A DNA stretch of 35,020 nt from Chiloscyllium plagiosum (taxonomy: Eukaryota): contig NC_057718.1 of the NCBI RefSeq assembly GCF_004010195.1, positions 15,931,309-15,966,328 of the forward strand, read 5' to 3'. Each line of letters starts with the position of its first letter. Within the stretch, counting starts at the first letter, position 1. This document shows, piece by piece, positions 21,815-32,499 of the stretch. Both the position numbers and the translations under genes were made by a program. The notes below the pieces were generated by a model. That model was given only the letters and a program-made list of their open reading frames with translations, had not been told where the DNA came from and made no database searches.

Positions 21815-23112
21815 ATGAGACTGAATAGCCTGTACTTTCATGCTAAGAGTATTGTAGGTAAAACAGATAAGTTAGGGTATGGATTGACACATGGAATTGC
21901 GATGTTGTTGCCATCAGAGAGATGTAGTTGCGGGAATGGCAAGACTGGCAATTCAACATACTGGGATATAGGACTTCTAGGTAGGTCAGAGGAGGATGTA
22001 AAAGAGGAGGTGGTTTTGCATTACTATTCACGAAGTCAGTTACTGCAGTAAGGTGGGACAATATCCCGGAATGGGTCTTCAAATGAGGCTTTGGGGTAGA
22101 GCTATGCAATTAAAAAGGGGACAGATTCACTGATGGGAGTGTATTAGAGAGCCCTAAACAGATTGTGGAGAATAAAGGAGCACATTATGTAGACGATTCA
22201 CTTAGTGTATAAAATTAATAATAGAGTAATTAAGGGATTTTCAACTTCCCCAAAATTAATTGGGATATTCATAGCGCAAAAGGTTTAGAGGGGGCAGATT
22301 TCTTGAAATGTGTTCAGGAGAACTTTTTATAGCTGCACACAAACATGGTCCAACAAGGGACACTAAAGTGTTGGACATAATTCTGGCGAACAAAACCAGA
22401 CAGACGCTTAAGGTAGCAGTGGGAGATCATTTTAGTGTCAGCAAACACAACATCATTCCATTTTAAGTTTTTTATAGAAAATGAAATAGATGGTCTGCAA
22501 GAGAGAGTTTAGGATCAATGGACAGGAGATTTTATTAAAGTAAGATAGGATCTTGCCAAAGTAGACTGAGAACAGTAACTTATTTTCACTTTTGTAATAA
22601 ATCCACAACAGAACAGTGGGGGGTATTCAAAATGGAGTTGGTGAGAGCACAGACCCAAGATATATACTGTTTATGATGAAATGTAGGAGCAACAAGCCCG
22701 CAGAATCTTGATGTCTACAAATATTCAGGAAAACAAGGAAAACAGAGGCTTTTAACATACAATAGGAACATACAATAGGAGCAAATCAACAGAGGCCCTG
22801 ATAGAGCATAGACAGTGCACGTGTGCACTTAGGAAAACAACTAGGAGAACTAAGATGGGGACAAGATAAAATAACACTGGTGGGTAAGATTGGGGAGCAT
22901 CTAAGATATTATATAAATACATCAAGGCGAATAGGATAACCAGGGAAAGAGTTTGGAGAATGAGGCAATCTGTGCATGGAGATAGAGGACATTGGTAGGG
23001 TGTTAAATGAATACTTCAAATCTCTCTTTGCTTTGGAGAAGGAGGATTTAGGTATAGAATTCAGAAATAGGGACTGTGATGTTCCTAAGCAGTATGACAC
23101 AGGGATTGAGGA
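21815..23112 (+). mobile_element. CR1-type LINE ORF2 endonuclease region, decayed
   Basis: LNSLYFHAKSIVGKTDKL (cf. LYFNARS), GGGFALL, RDFQLPKINW-like segment, IGRVLNEYFKSLF. Confidence 0.8.
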
Positions 23113-23258
23113 GGTCATAGAGTCATACAGCACAGAAAGAGACCCTTCAGTCCAACTTGTCTGTGCCAAACAAGTTTTCCAAACTAAACTTGTCCCACTT
23201 GCCTGTGTTTGGCCCATATCCCTCTAAACCATTACTATTCATGTACCTGTCCAAATAT
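23113..23258 (-). mobile_element. CR1 3'-end fragment
   Basis: Begins with tail GTCATAGAGTCATACAGCACAGAAA, as at 28063. Confidence 0.85.
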
Positions 23259-23559
23259 TTTTTTAAAATATCTTTGAAAATATTAAAGGAACCTGATTGA
23301 TGTGTCATCTTATTAAAAACTTGATTTAAACAAGTTATTTAATTGACTATTTTGGTAACTGAGAAAAGTATTTTTATTTTATGTTGTTACTCGTGAGTAG
23401 TGGGATTATAATGACAGTGTATTCCTTCAGCCTTGGTCATAACAAAACATATAGAAGGAGGTTTAGAAAATGTTTTGTTGAAATGTGATTGACAGGTGCA
23501 CATTTTGAAGAGTATCATTGGCACACAATATATGAAGGAAATGGAAACTAACCAATTAG

Positions 23560-24180
23560 AAAAGACAGAGGATTAGCCGATGGGAATCAAGGCCTGGCAC
23601 TTAATTTTATTTTGATAAAGTTTTACTCCAAGTGGATATTGGGAAAGTCATATGTTATAGTGTACATTGACCTCTAGAAAACTTGATACAAGTTCAAAGC
23701 AAAAGGCTGCTACACAAATTTAAAGTAGTGGATATGCCAGATAAAATTCAGCAAGGATTAAAAAGAACTGGTTAGAAGAAAATAAACATTGAATGACATT
23801 TAGCAAAATGATTTCAACGAGACATTTGTACTGAGTGGAATGCTCCAGGGATCTCTGCTGTCTCTAATTTAAACAAATATTCTGGAAAACCAAGCAAGTT
23901 GCTAACACTTATAGATAGTCCTAAACTTGGGAAAGCAGTTCAGATTGACAAATCATTTGCAGAAGGATGTAGGAAATGTTTTTTAGACACCAGAATTATG
24001 GCAACTGGAATTCAGTACAGATAAATATAAGATACTTATAGAACAAAATAAAAATGCAAGACATCTGGTTTTAATGAATGTCATCAAACTGACAAGGTAG
24101 GATATTAAAAGACATCCAAGTGATAATATACCTAATATTGATAATGCTAAGAGATTGTCACTCCCAAATCTACAAAACAA
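23560..24180 (+). mobile_element. Very old CR1-type RT fragment
   Basis: GTACATTGACCTCTAGAAAACTTGATACAAGTTC (YIDFQKAFDKVP-like); GAGTGGAATGCTCCAGGGATC (SGMLQGS). Confidence 0.5.
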
Positions 24181-25896
24181 ATATACTCCTGAGCTAAAAT
24201 GAAAATAGGAAGCTCTGGAAATGCTTCAATGGTCTGACAGTATTTGTGAAATGAGAAACAAGATTAACATTTAAGAACTTTCACTAGTTCTAATGAAATT
24301 TAAAGAACCCTGTATTCATAGCCAGCAGAACAAGACAGTCTAAGGCAGCCTGCCCCAATGCCCCTTCCAATCTCAATCCACCCCAATGCCCTTTCCAGCT
24401 CCCGGTCCGCCCTGACACACCTTCCGACCCCACCTCTAGGGCAGCCCATCCTGCTTCCTCAATCCCCCCCAAGGACGACAGCGGTCATGACAGCCTACTC
24501 ACCTTCCGGCTTGACACTCCTGTTTATATCTATCAGCCAGGGCTCCCTGATTGGACCAGATTAACAGTCTAACCAGTGAACTAATGTTCTATGAGATCCA
24601 CCTGGCTGATCTTGTTATAATTATTATATCCATCCCCTTCAAAGTCCGGGGAGGGAAGCCTGTTCTTTTCCTTTTAACCTTTCCTGGGGCATTTTAGCAC
24701 TGGGTCTGATTCCTCTGACTCAGCCTTGGAAAAGGGGGGCATGTATCAGACCATAGCCTGCCTCTTGTGGCAGAGCCTCTCAGAAAAAATTCATCCTCTT
24801 CCGGGTGGTAAAGTCATCGCAGCTGCAACAATCACAATGTCCATCGCAGACTCCAAGGTTTCTTCAAAGGTAAATGGAAGGGGTGAATCCATGGGTTCCG
24901 ACAGGCTATCCAGCTGTTTTGAAGGGCCGGGCATGTTTTGTTCCTGTTTCATTTGCATACTTGAGTTTCCATGTGGTCCATATGCTTGTTCAGGACCGCC
25001 TCAACTACCCGTAATTTGTATCTCACAGGACCTGACTTCGCATCAACCATGTCTCTTTCCCATGCAGGACCATTTCTGTGGTTTCAGCACAAAACTTCAT
25101 TCCTTGAATTAAACTGTCTTTTTTGCTTAGAGGAGTCTTGTGGCCGGCATTGGCGTTCCTGATGCTGTTTCAGCCTCTGTCCCCAGCTCCAGAAAGATCA
25201 GATTAAGCTAATGTGGAGTCTTCTTCCCATCAGCAACTCTGCGGGAGCTATCCCTGTCATTGCATGCAGGGTGGTCTGATAATCAAATAGGAACAGGGAT
25301 AGTTTGGTATCAAGTTCAACTGTAGACTGTTTCTTTAAGTCTGCCTTCAAAGTTTGAACTGCTTTTTCCGCCAGACTATTGGAGGATTGATGGTATGGAG
25401 CTGAGCTTAAATTCTGAATGCCATTCAACTTTTGGAAAGATTTGAATTCCCTGTTGGTAAATGATGACCCGTTGCCTGTGACCAACACTTCTGGGACCCC
25501 ATCTATTGTAAAAGATGCTTGCAGCTTTTCTGTCGTCATCACTGAGTTTGACAAATTAACTCTATGGATGTCCACTCTGAGTGGACATCCACAATAACTA
25601 AGAACATTGAGCCCATGAAGGGGCTTGCAGAGTCAACACGTAATCGAGTCCATGATTTATCTGGCTATTTCCACAGATGTGGGGAGCCGCTAGTGGTAAT
25701 TTTTGTCCTTGGTGGCACTCTGGGCACTGCCCTACCAATGTGGCTATGTCTGCATCCAATCTTGGATGTTAACGTCTTGCTAACATCTACATTTTGGACG
25801 CCTCTGGATGACCTTAGTTGAGTGCAGCCAGTATCTGGCAGTGACCTTAGCTTGGGACAATCACTCTTGCCTCTGATCATAAAATGCTGTCCTGTA

Positions 25897-26113
25897 CAGG
25901 CAGTTCTTCTATAGTGCGATAATTGTGTTATTGTACAACCCTGCATTATAGAAAAATCGCACTTTAGAAACAGCGCTTAAAGTGTTCGCGATGTAATCGC
26001 ATTACAGTCAACACGTTTTAAAAGTTCACGTTTTAGAAACAGTGTCCTTAATTTGTCAATAGCATTACAGCAAATTCATGTTAACAAAATGCGCATTATA
26101 GCAAAATGACCTG
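25897..26113. mobile_element. Tc1/mariner (Tigger-like) MITE
   Basis: Imperfect TIRs CAGGCAGTTCTTCTATAGTGCG / CGCATTATAGCAAAATGACCTG; TA TSD at 25895-25896 and 26114-26115; removal restores Gypsy DQITIQDSIL. Confidence 0.85.
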
Positions 26114-27214
26114 TATGGTGATCTGGTCTCGCCGGGTTCAGAAAGGTTTCACTTCTGGTTGTGAAGACCCTTTTGTTTCCCCCATCACCACCAGGTGTTT
26201 TAGTTTTGCTAGGATTAGATTTTCATGCAACCACAGTCTGATATTGTCAGCGGTGACCAGAAGGGCATCCAGATAGTTTAAAACCAGAACGTATTGTTTC
26301 AGTGGTGGCACCACCAGTATCTGCCAGCGGTAGGCAGCACAAGGCATCCATATTTGCGACTTGGCCTCCCTGACAGTGTCCTAACTTGTAATTATATGCA
26401 CTTGGTATTAGAGCTCTCCACTGAATTTGGCCTGTAGCTATGGGCGGTACTGCCTTGTCCTCTTTAAGTAGACATAACAGGGGTTTGTGGTCTGTTATTA
26501 TTACAGATTTACACCCATAATGGTATTGGTTGAACTTCCTGACTCCAAATATAACCATCAAACCTTCCTTCTCTCTTCGGGTATATTTACGCTCTGCATT
26601 AACCAGAGCCCTAGATGCTTACGCTATTGGGCATTACTCTCCCTTGGGCCACCTATGAGCTAATACTAGCCCAATGCCATCTGGAGATGCATAGTATGTC
26701 AAAACCACATTTAACTGGGGTCATTGTATGGCAATACCTTAGAAGATTAGAGCTGTTTCTTCACTTCTCTGAAAGGTACAATTTGGCTACACAACCATTT
26801 CCAAGGCTGGCCCCTTTTTAAAGAGTTGATGCAAAGGTGTCAGAATGGATGTATAAACTTTCCATAACAATTCACTAGCCCAAGGAAAAACGTGAGCTCT
26901 GGTGCAGACGTGGGAAACAGGGCACCTTTGATCGCCCTCACTTTATCTTCCAGTAAAGTGTAACCCAGTCTTGTTGATTCTGTAGCCTAAGTAGGTCACT
27001 TGGGGTGCCTGAAACACACATTTTTACCTTCTAAAGCATCCGCCTGCCTAAGAGAAATATCTAAGGGCTATGTCCACATTCCCCAAGTACTCTTTATTGG
27101 TCTTGCCTATTATTGGCAAGTCACCCAGATAAATGGCAATCTGGAGTAGATCTTGTAAAATGTTCTCAATTATTTGCTCAAAATGGCACAGCTTGACAAT
27201 ATCCCAAATGGCAG

Positions 27215-27327
27215 AAGAAAGTGAGGACTGCAGATGCAGGAGATCTGATGAAGGGCTTATGCCCGAAACATCGATTCTGCTGCTCCTTGGATGCTGCCTG
27301 ACCTGCTGTGCTTTTCCAGCACCACAC
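27215..27327. mobile_element. Inverted PLE mini-insertion (family B) with hammerhead core
   Basis: Exact 16-bp TSD ATATCCCAAATGGCAG (27199-27214, 27328-27343); antisense tail joined to CTGATGA-A-GGGC-TTAT-GCCC-GAAA-CA-TC from 27245. Confidence 0.9.
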
Positions 27328-28062
27328 ATATCCCAAATGGCAGTCTCATATATTGGTACAAATCCTTATGGGTACTAACTGTAGCATAATTATGGGAATC
27401 CTCATCTGACCACAATTGCAGGGATGTATGGCTCATGTCCAGCTCATGGGCAGCCCTCCACCCGGCACGTTTGTGTGGAAGTCCTCTATGAGAGGGATTG
27501 GATATTTATCCAGCTGTGAAAAGTGGTTTACCATTTCTTTAAAATCCCCACAAAGGCAATCAAACCCGTTGGGCTTTACAGTCAGTACGACTGGTGCTGT
27601 CCATTCCATAAACTGTACTGGTTTAATGATTCCTTCGCTTTGCAGACTCATGATTTCTGCCTCTTCTTTGCATGTAAGGCCTTGTAAAATTGTGGATTTG
27701 CTTCCTGGTCAACATGTAAGGTGAGCTTGGCACCACTGATAGTTCCTATACTTTCCGAAAAGCCTCCAATATTTAATTAGGACTTTACTCAGGCAGCCAT
27801 TTTCTAATTGAAAAATGTTGAGCCAATCTAGTGAGTCTTTCTCAAACAATTTCACCTCATCAGGCTTGAGTCTGAGTCTTTTACTACAATCAGTGGTACC
27901 TGAACCAGCTGCTTTTCATGTGAGTCCGGAACCAAAGTTGTACCCTTAATCTGTAAAGGTTCCCCAGTATAGGTTCTTAGTCTAATGAAGGTTTAACACA
28001 AATGTAAGGGTTGGAGTCCAGAGCAAATTTTGTTAAAGACTTGTTTTGCAATCACTGATACA

Positions 28063-28292
28063 GTCATAGAGTCATAGAGATGTATAGCATGGAAACAGAC
28101 CCTTCAGTCCAACCTGCCCATGCCAACCAGATATCCCAACCCAATCTAGTCCCACATGCCAGAACCCGGCCCATATCCCTCCAAACCCTTCCTATTCATA
28201 TACCCATCCAAATGCCTCTTAAATATTGCAATTGTACCAGCCTCCACCACATCCTCTGGCAGCTCATTCCATACATGTACCACCCTCTGCGT
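28063..28292 (-). mobile_element. CR1 3'-end fragment inserted in Gypsy protease
   Basis: TQRVVHVWNELPEDVVEAGTIAIFKRHLDGYMN plus (TCTATGAC)n tail; splits LMEVDT|VSVIA. Confidence 0.9.
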
Positions 28293-30962
28293 GGTATCAA
28301 CCTCCATCAGAACTGGGTTACTATTTAACCATAAATTTATTTTGATTGGTTCTGATTTGGATGTTGTTAAGCAATTTAACTGTTTCAAGTTAGGCGGGCT
28401 TTGAAGGGTATCGGCTGATGAGTTTTCTTACTCAGTTTAGGTCTAGTGGGACTCCTTTGCTGTCTCCAGTCTGCATAGTGACAGCAAGTGCTATGGCTTG
28501 CCAGCCCAGATCCTTAAGAAAATGTTAACCTTTTGGCCAGGGTATGGCTTTGTTTTGGGGTTTTGCTGTGGGCTGACCTGGAGTCCCTCTGTTCAGGATA
28601 TGTCCTGAGTGAGGCTATGCAATTGCCTTCACGTAAGTGATATCCCCAAGCTAGTCAGCCCAAGAAGGATGGCCACTTCTCTTGGCATACCCTGTAACTC
28701 AATGGTCCACTTGCCTCATCTTCTAGTGATAAAGTCAGTTCCAGTACCTTTTTGAATTCCAGTTGGGCTTCAGCCAGTGGGTGCTTTCACATGCTTACAT
28801 CATTAATCCCACATACCAAACAGTTTTTCAGCATCTCATTAAGAGTTAAACCAAAGTTACATGCTGCTGCCAGTCGTCTTAACTTCATCAAAAATCCCAA
28901 CACAGATTCCTCTTGTTCTGAACAGCCAAGTAAAACTGGTAGTGTCTCAGAATTAGAGTCTTGGAGTCATAATATTCTTTAACTAAATCCATCAACTCTT
29001 GAAAGATTTCCTCAGGAAATGTCAGGCTCCTAATAGCCAAAAAGGTTGCAAGTGCACATACTGTCAGGAGAATTACTCATTGCTTTTCATCTGCCCCAAT
29101 GTCATTCTCCTGGAAAAAGTAATGCATTCTTTCTACATATTGGGTCCAGTCTTTGGCAAGATTGAATGAATGAAGATTCCCAAATAATGGCATGATGCCA
29201 GAAATGCTTACCTCAACTCAAAGATGACTGTTGTGAGTGACTTTTTCCAGGAGCATATTTTGTCTCTTGTCACCACTGAAATCACTCCACAGAGGCAGTT
29301 ATCCCATCACCAAGTCACCCTTTATTTACACATGTATAGGACTTGACACTTGTCCAGCTTCCTCAGAGCCAGCTTTCAGAGTGAACAGAACCTCTGTCTC
29401 TCCTGTGTAAATCTATCAGCTAGGGCTCCCTGATTGGACCAGGTTAACAGCCCCAATCAGGGATCTCATATTCTATGAGATCCACCTGTCTGACTTCATT
29501 ACAATCATGACTGGGATTCCTGATGTGATTATATTACCTTACCTGCCAGACAGCTGGCAGTTTTTCAGATGCAGAAGTGCTGTAGGCTGGAAATGAGGGT
29601 CAGTCATAGACATGCAGAGAAGAGTTATGTGGAGCACCTGTACTGAGGCGAGTAAGCTAGATTTTGGCTAGGTCAGGGAAAGTGGTTGGTGTTGAAGGCA
29701 TAGGATGATCTTCCTGATAGGGTGGCCCTTGTCATTGTTGGGACCCCCATTTGGGTGTTTCTAAAAATGAGAGCCCCCCCCACCCCAGGTAGAGAAGGTT
29801 AATTATTTTCTTAAAGGTGAAAAATTGGCTTGGCGTGGGCAGACTGATGACCATTTCTGCTCCAATTTAATTGGGGTAGTCTGGAAGGAAACAGACTCTG
29901 TACCTGCTTTCCCACCTAATTAAACAGCACCAACCTGTTCCTGGGTGTAGCCATCGAATTCTGCCCACTAAATCGATTTCTTTCTCCACAGTTGGTGCCT
30001 TGTGAGCTGATATTTTTTCTCAGGACTTTCTGCTACTATTTCAAATTTCCAGAATCTGCAATACCTTGCTTTTGTGTTTGTATGAGGATCTTGCCTTTTT
30101 AATAATGCTGAGTTATCATGCCAAATTAAATGGCGTTCAATTCTGTATTGTTCCGAGGTGCAAATGAAAATCAATGTAGAAAAATAAGTAAAACATAATA
30201 TTTTTGGAAGTAGTAAGGAAGGAAAGTGTTCTACATGGCAACATTTTAAACAGAGTAGTGGAATGAAGGGGAATTAGCATACATATGTGCAGGTCATTGA
30301 ATGGGTCAACGAAGGAGATAAGGCCATAATAAGAAAACAGTGTCTATGGTTTCATATCTGATGTCAAAGAGTTTAATTTTGGGTGAGCAACTGCATAAGA
30401 AGGATGTGCAAACATTATGAGCACATCACCTCTCTGATAGAATTGGTTCAAGGCCCAACTGACTATAATTAGAGTAATAGAGTCAGAGAGATGAGCAGCA
30501 GAAACAGATCCTTCGGTCAACTTGGCCATGCCAACCAAACATCCTAAAGTAATCCTGTCCCATTTGCCAGCATTTAGCCCTTATCCCTCTAAACCCTTCC
30601 TATTCAAAAACTCATCCATATGCCTTTTAAATGTTGTAATTGTACCAACCTCCATCACTTCCTCTGGTAGCTTATTCCATACATGTGGACTCCCCCACCC
30701 CAGGGAAAAGATCTTGTCTATTTACCCTATCCATGCCTGAAACAATTTTATAAACCTCTATAAGGTCATCCCTCAGCCTGCGACGCTCCAGGGAAAACAG
30801 CCCTAGCCTATTCATCCTATCCCAATAGCTCAAACAACCCAACCCTGGCACATCCTTGTAAATCTTTTCTAAACGCTTTCAAGTTTCACAACATCCTTCT
30901 GATAGGAGGGAGACCAGAATTGTACACAATATTCCAAAAGTGGCCTAACCAATGTCCTGAAC

Positions 30963-31170
30963 CAGAGATGCCGGTGTTAGACTGGGGTGTACAAAGTTAA
31001 AAATCACACAACACCAGGTTATAGTCCAACAGGTTTAATTGGAAGCACACTAGCTTTCGGAGCGACGCTCCTTCATCAGACAATCACCTGATGAAGGAGC
31101 GTTGCTCCGAAAGCTAGTGTGCTTCCAATTAAACCTGTTGGACTATAACCTGGTGTTGTGTGATTTTTAA
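30963..31170. mobile_element. Palindromic PLE mini-element (family A) with two opposed hammerhead cores
   Basis: 84-bp arms 30996-31079 and 31088-31171 (1 mismatch), 8-nt spacer, 33-nt tail; 13-bp TSD CAATGTCCTGAAC (30950-30962, 31171-31183). Confidence 0.93.
31085..31119 (+). ncRNA. Minimal type I hammerhead ribozyme (intact core)
   Basis: CAC-CUGAUGA-A-GGAGC-GUU-GCUCC-GAAA-GC-UA-GUG: 3-bp stem I, 5-bp stem II, loopless palindromic stem III (AGCU); predicted cleavage after A31116. Confidence 0.8.
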
Positions 31171-32069
31171 CAATGTCCTGAACAGTTGCAACATGACCTT
31201 CCAACTCCTATACTGGTCAATAAAGGAAAGCATACCAAACACCTCCTTCACTATCCTATCTACCTGCGACTCCACTTTCAAGGAACTATTAACCTGCACT
31301 CCAAGGTGTCTTTACTCAGCAACACTCCCCAGGACCTTACCATTAAGTGTACAAGTCCTGCCCTGATTTGCCTTTCCAAAATGCAGCACCTCACATTTAT
31401 CTAAATTAAACTCCGCCCGCCACTCCATTGGCCAATCTGTTCAAGATCACGTTGTAATCTGAGGTAACCTTCTTCACTGTCCACTACACCTCCAATTTTG
31501 GTGTCATCTGCAAACTTACTAACTATATGTCCCATGTTCATATCCAAACCATTTATATAACTGACGAAAAGCAGTGGACACAGCATGGATCCTTGTGGCA
31601 CACCACTGGTCTCAGGCCTCAGTCTGAAAGGCAATCCTCTACTACTACCCTCTGACTTCTACCTTTAAGCCAGTCCTGTATCCAAGTTCTCCCTTTATTC
31701 CATGTGATCTAACCTTACTAACTAGTCTACCTTGTCGAATGCCTTACTTAAATCTATATAGATCACATCCACCACTCTGCCCTCATCAATCCTCGTTATT
31801 ACTTCTTCAAAAAACTGAATTGAGGTAGTGAGCCATGATTTCCCATGCGCAAAGCTATGTTGACTGTCCTTATTCAGTCCTTGCCTTTCTAAATACATGT
31901 GAATTCTGTCCCGCAGGATTCCCTCCAACAACTTGCCCACCACCGATGTCAGGCTCATTAGTCTATAGTTCCCTGGCTTTTCCTTACCTGAAATAGTAGC
32001 ACCACATTAGCTAACCTGCAGTATTCTGGCACCTCACTGGTGCAGGGGACCTAGCAATCACTTCCCTTC

Positions 32070-32270
32070 TTCCTAAGCTAATAGATGTACTTAACTGCAT
32101 TAATGTACTTAAAGGGAAACTAGGTAAGTAGGTGATAGAGTAGGAAGAAAAAGGATATGTTGATAGTGTTAGGTGCATGAGGAGAAGAGGTGGCTTGTAT
32201 GGTGTATAAACAATAATATAGACCAGCTGGGCCAAATGGACCATTTCTGTACTATAAATTCTATGATGGT
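32070..32270 (+). mobile_element. Old CR1-type 3'-end fragment
   Basis: CTTAAAGGGAAACTAGGTAAGTAG...GACCAGCTGGGCCAAATGGACCATTTCTGTACTATAAATTCTATG. Confidence 0.6.
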
Positions 32271-32499
32271 ACTCTGTTGTAACAATTAGTAACAATTGTA
32301 ACAATTATATTTTCAAAAACAATTTATTCATGTTAAATGCTTGGAACAATCTGAAATGAGAAATTATATCTGTACGGAAATACTAATCATACTGTCTCAT
32401 ATTCTTTTCTAAAAGCTGTGGAATTTCTTGAAAAATATTAAGCATTTTTGTCAAACATTATAAGTGTTCAAGCTCGAAAATTAATTTGGTATAATGTAT

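Larger units (their letters stand above)
24640..29193 (-). pseudogene. Gypsy gag-pol pseudogene
   Basis: MPLFGNL...DWTQYVERMHYFF (Gag, ATG at 29193); VLMEVDT (protease); WTAPVV..LCGDFK..YPIPLIED, RLPFG, IYLGD (RT); IITDHKPL (RNase H); VTGNGSSF..APYHQSSNSLAEKAVQTLK (integrase). Confidence 0.88.
24512..29512 (-). mobile_element. Decayed Ty3/Gypsy LTR retrotransposon
   Basis: 5' LTR 29277-29512; PBS TGGTGACAAG at 29275-29266; gag-PR-RT-RH-IN order; PPT AAGGGGATGGA at 24639-24629; partial 3' LTR 24512-24628, about 80% identical to the 5' LTR by manual count. Confidence 0.9.
30470..32030 (-). mobile_element. CR1-type LINE ORF2 RT and 3' end, decayed
   Basis: SLTSVVGKLLE, IYIDLSKAFDKV, TSGVPQGSMLCPLLF, SKFADDTKIGG; tail near 30470; interrupted at 30963-31170. 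Confidence 0.92.

Noticed and set aside
22754..22780. 13-bp tandem duplication AACATACAATAGG
   Set aside because: Ordinary slippage inside a dead CR1.
28146..28388. Protease-CR1 fusion ORF as a chimeric gene
   Set aside because: Chance in-frame junction that destroys the protease active site within a pseudogenised element.
30996..31171. Palindrome as a DNA-transposon MITE, pre-miRNA or terminator
   Set aside because: The arms match PLE terminal repeats at 11510 and 19245, there is a one-sided tail, and the 13-bp TSD fits target-primed retrotransposition.
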